Shown here: positions 60,001-63,308 of the stretch, piece by piece
Numbering within the stretch: the stretch's first letter is position 1
How the letters are laid out: each line of letters begins with the position of its first letter
Assembly (NCBI GenBank): GCA_004431415.1
Contig: QPMI01000357.1
Location: 1 to 63,308 of the forward strand
Reading direction: 5' to 3'
Length of the DNA: 63,308 nt
Origin: Cyanophora paradoxa CCMP329
Lineage: Eukaryota > Plantae > Glaucophyta
The notes under the pieces: model-generated
What the model saw: the letters and a program-made list of their open reading frames with translations, nothing else
Database searches by the model: none
What the model was told of the DNA's origin: nothing
Program-made: the position numbers and the translations under genes

Positions 60001-63000
60001 AGGGATTCGAGCTCTCAACCGGGTCTCATGGCGTCGGCCGGCGGGCCCAGCGCAAGCACCTCTGAGTCAGTAGGTCCGTCCCGGAACCGCCCCTCGGTCC
60101 TGCCTGGGCGCGCTTTCTTCCGATCCTTCTAAAAACCGTGATTTCGGGGCGACATTTTGGCACTATGTTCACTATGCCCGCCGGCCATGGGCTCGAATCG
60201 GGCCGGGGTCTTTTTCAAGCGATCGCCGGCGCCGCGTCCGTCGTCCGGCGGTTCGCGCTAGCGATTGCCCCGGAGTACTCGGTACCAGGGCCTGGCGATC
60301 GCCGAAGCGATGAGAAGGCTCTCTGACCGGCGATCGCTTGCACAGGAGCTGCTTCAAGTTCGTCGCACCAGCCAACGCCAACGCCTGCAGTGCGTGCCCG
60401 CCACCCGTAGCGCTGCGAGCTTGCTCGCATAGAGATTCTCTATTCAATTGGATCGCTAGATCTGCCCCGCGCATAGAGCGTTCTCATTGCTCGGCGATCG
60501 CTTTGTGTTCGGCGCCATACCCAGCGAGTCCGACCTCTAACAAAGAGCTGCTGGGCCGGCGATCGCTTCTGGGTTCTCAGTTCTAACGGTCGCCGCGGGC
60601 TTGACGTCCACCGCCTTCTCATTGGCCAAGCGATCGCTGATTTTCGGTGTCTTATGCCCGTGTCCGCAGCATGTCGACCCTCGGAGGGCCCTCTTTGGGG
60701 AGGAAGAGATGGAGTGGACCTCCAGCTCATCTCCCAACCCCTTCCCAAGGGCGGCGTGGCGGTGGGTTGCCTCGGGGGCGGCCTCGGGCGCAGCATGGCA
60801 AGTGGCGGCGCTCGCTCCGGCCATGAGCTTGTCCCCGCCCCTCCCCCTCCCCCCGGCCCGGCCCCTCCCCCCGGCCCGGCCCCTCCCCCCGGCCCGGCCC
60901 CTCCCCCCGGCCCGGCCCCCGGCCCGGCCCCTCCCCCCGGCCCGGCCCCTCCCCCGGCCCCGCCCTCCCCAGGCCCCGCCCCTCCCCTCCTCCCGGCCCG
61001 AAGGCGGGAGGCGGCGCGGGAGGCGGCGCGGCGGGCGGCGCGGCGGGCGGCGCAGCGGGCGGCGCAGCGGGCGGCGCGGGGGGCGGGGCGGCGGGCGGCG
61101 CGGCGGGCGGCGCAGGCGGAAGGCGACAAGCACATGCACCCTTCGAGATCTGTGCGTTTCTGGGGAATTCTCGCCTCGATGGGGTCGGGTGGTATGCGCC
61201 GGGCACCACCAGCGCAGCCCAATGGACTGCGCACCATTTGTTGCGGTAGCAAAGGAATGGTTCCGCAAGCCGCTTGCGGCCGAGGAGGATCGGTTTGCCG
61301 ACGCAGCTAGGCTAGATGAGCTAGTGGAGCGGTGCAAGCAGTTTGTAGGGCCTCAGTTGAACTTCCAGTGAGTGTAGAGGTCTTGAGAGGTTGCAATTTT
61401 GTTGACAAGTCAAATTTCGTCAATGTACCCCAGAGCCTTCGCTTTTTAGCCACCGAGCCCCCAAGTTTGGGGGGGAATGAGTCGGGGGGGTACCCTGACC
61501 TTCCAAACTGAGGCGCGCGGCGTCGACGTATACGTACCGACGTCGACGTCGCAACTGCGGCGCGGATTGAAGGTCGCGCATTGCGCTTCACCGTGCGCGC
61601 GCTGTGCTCAGCCCCGCGGCGCCACGCCCGCCCCGCAGGCGACTTCGCCGCGCCCGCGCACGCGAGGAGTACACATCGCTGGCTTCATCGGCTCACCCGC
61701 GGCGCCGGCGGCGCGCTAGCTACACGCTTTCGCTTGTCCGAGGTGCACATCATCGAATTCTGCAGCCGTTGCCCCATCCTCGGCCGCTGTAAGGCGGCGC
61801 GCAGGGATTCGAGCTCTCAACCGGGTCTCATGGCGTCGGCCGGCGGGCCCAGCGCAAGCACCTCTGAGTCAGTAGGTCCGTCCCGGAACCGCCCCTCGGT
61901 CCTGCCTGGGCGCGCTTTCTTCCGATCCTTCTAAAAACCGTGATTTCGGGGCGACATTTTGGCACTATGTTCACTATGCCCGCCGGCCATGGGCTCGAAT
62001 CGGGCCGGGGTCTTTTTCAAGCGATCGCCGGCGCCGCGTCCGTCGTCCGGCGGTTCGCGCTAGCGATTGCCCGGAGTACTCGGTACCAGGGCCTGGCGAT
62101 CGCCGAAGCGATGAGAAGCTCTCTGACGGCGATCGCTTGCACAGGAGCTGCTTCAAGTTCGTCGCACCAGCCAACGCAACGCCTGCAGTGCGTGCCGCCA
62201 CCGTAGCGCTGCGAGCTTGCTCGCATAGAGATTCTCTATTCAATTGGATCGCTAGATCTGCCCCGCATAGACGGCGATCGCTTGCACAGGAGCTGCTTCA
62301 AGTTCGTCGCACCAGCCAACGCCAACGCCTGCAGTGCGTGCCCGCCACCCGTAGCGCTGCGAGCTTGCTCGCATAGAGATTCTCTATTCAATTGGATCGC
62401 TAGATCTGCCCCGCGCATAGAGCGTTCTCATTGCTCGGCGATCGCTTTGTGTTCGGCGCCATACCCAGCGAGTCCGACCTCTAACAAAGAGCTGCTGGGC
62501 CGGCGATCGCTTCTGGGTTCTCAGTTCTAACGGTCGCCGCGGGCTTGACGTCCACCGCCTTCTCATTGGCCAAGCGATCGCTGAACACGGATGAATGGGC
62601 GAAAGCCGGTATCCAGGCAGTGCTTCCACCCCCACTGCCTGGAGCTGCCTGGGCGGCGCGATCGAGCACGTTCTACCCACGTGAAAGTGTGATAAATGTT
62701 TTGTGAAATCGCTATATCTTCTCTGAAGCCGGAGCGCGAACGCTGTTGGGAGAACTCGTGACTGTTGCTGACACGGGGAGAACTCGAGCAGGGGTACAGT
62801 AGTCGCAAAAGCGTTCCTGTACCCGTTCCGAGAGCGAGACGCAGCTCCGGCCGCTCCTGCGCTCTACTGAGAGCGTTGTAGGCGCATTTTGATAGACCTT
62901 AGCTATGTTTAATCAAGTTCCCGACCCGTTTGGGCCGCCAGGAGAGCGGCCAGCGCCGTACCTGTCGTTCGATCTTGCAGGCTCGACTTGGTCGGTTATT

Positions 63001-63308
63001 TCGCTTCTGACCTGCGTACTGCTTCTTACTTGTGGCAGGCGACCGCCGGCTCTGCCGGACGGGCTTCCAGTTCAACCAGCGAGGTTCCCGAACATGCCCT
63101 CGCTTGCTGCTGCTTCCAGCGCTCACTTACCTCTCCGTACGGCTTCAGAGCTTCCGAGACGACGACGGCTTCGCTGGCGGTGGGCCGCCGCGTGTGTGCG
63201 GCGCGCGCTGTTCGGGAGGCTTCGCTGGACGCGGGACGCCCTCGTTTCTTTGTCTGTTCAAACTATAACGGCGCGGGTCGCGTCGCATCCCATCCGGTCT
63301 GCTCTCAC

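Larger units (their letters stand above)
49277..63308. repeat. Higher-order tandem repeat array (units of 1.7-2.8 kb), running off the right edge
   Basis: Anchor GACCGGCGATCGCTTGCACAGG at 49277, 49432, 51217, 53999, 55829, 57546 and 60325, with 1-nt-deleted variants at 62125 and 62270. Spacings are 155, 1785, 2782, 1830, 1717, 2779, 1800 and 145. Identical ORFs recur in the ORF track. Confidence 0.98.

Noticed and set aside
62070-62275. Diverged array unit with many 1-nt deletions
   Set aside because: The pattern is typical of low-coverage long-read consensus error and cannot be treated as biological without reads.
49277-63308. CRISPR array, rDNA or snRNA cluster
   Set aside because: There is no repeat plus unique-spacer pattern, no cas gene, and no recognisable rRNA, 5S, U1, U2, U5 or U6 motif.

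Overview
Eukaryotic nuclear DNA, very GC-rich, gene-dense and packed with ~50-100 nt spliceosomal introns, so the six-frame ORF track is mostly exon fragments and shadow ORFs. Bases 1-48.9 kb hold 12 spliced genes: an ADCY10-like class III cyclase (truncated at the left edge), an OTU deubiquitinase, an mTERF-like protein, plastid-type ClpB, IRE1, a TKL/Raf-like kinase, a plastid-type ClpC-like ATPase, a SMYD protein, a NO VEIN/sacsin-like GHKL+DUF3883 protein, an IPT/TIG protein, a Cid1/TRF4-like nucleotidyltransferase and one hypothetical. Eight of them form four head-to-head pairs. Both Clp presequences have an early Phe and no signal peptide, consistent with a primary-plastid alga such as a glaucophyte (inference only). 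From 49.28 kb to the end lies a higher-order tandem array. The most unusual signal is the intron system: many GC-AG introns, a G(T/C)(G/C)CGC donor with C at +4, and no polypyrimidine tract, but often a C-rich 5' arm complementary to a G-rich 3' arm. Also notable: four intron positions shared by the ClpB and ClpC paralogs, a duplication-born uORF on IRE1, and GCGATCGC palindromes clustered at array breakpoints. All exon structures were called by eye from protein-motif continuity, so CDS limits are approximate where stated.
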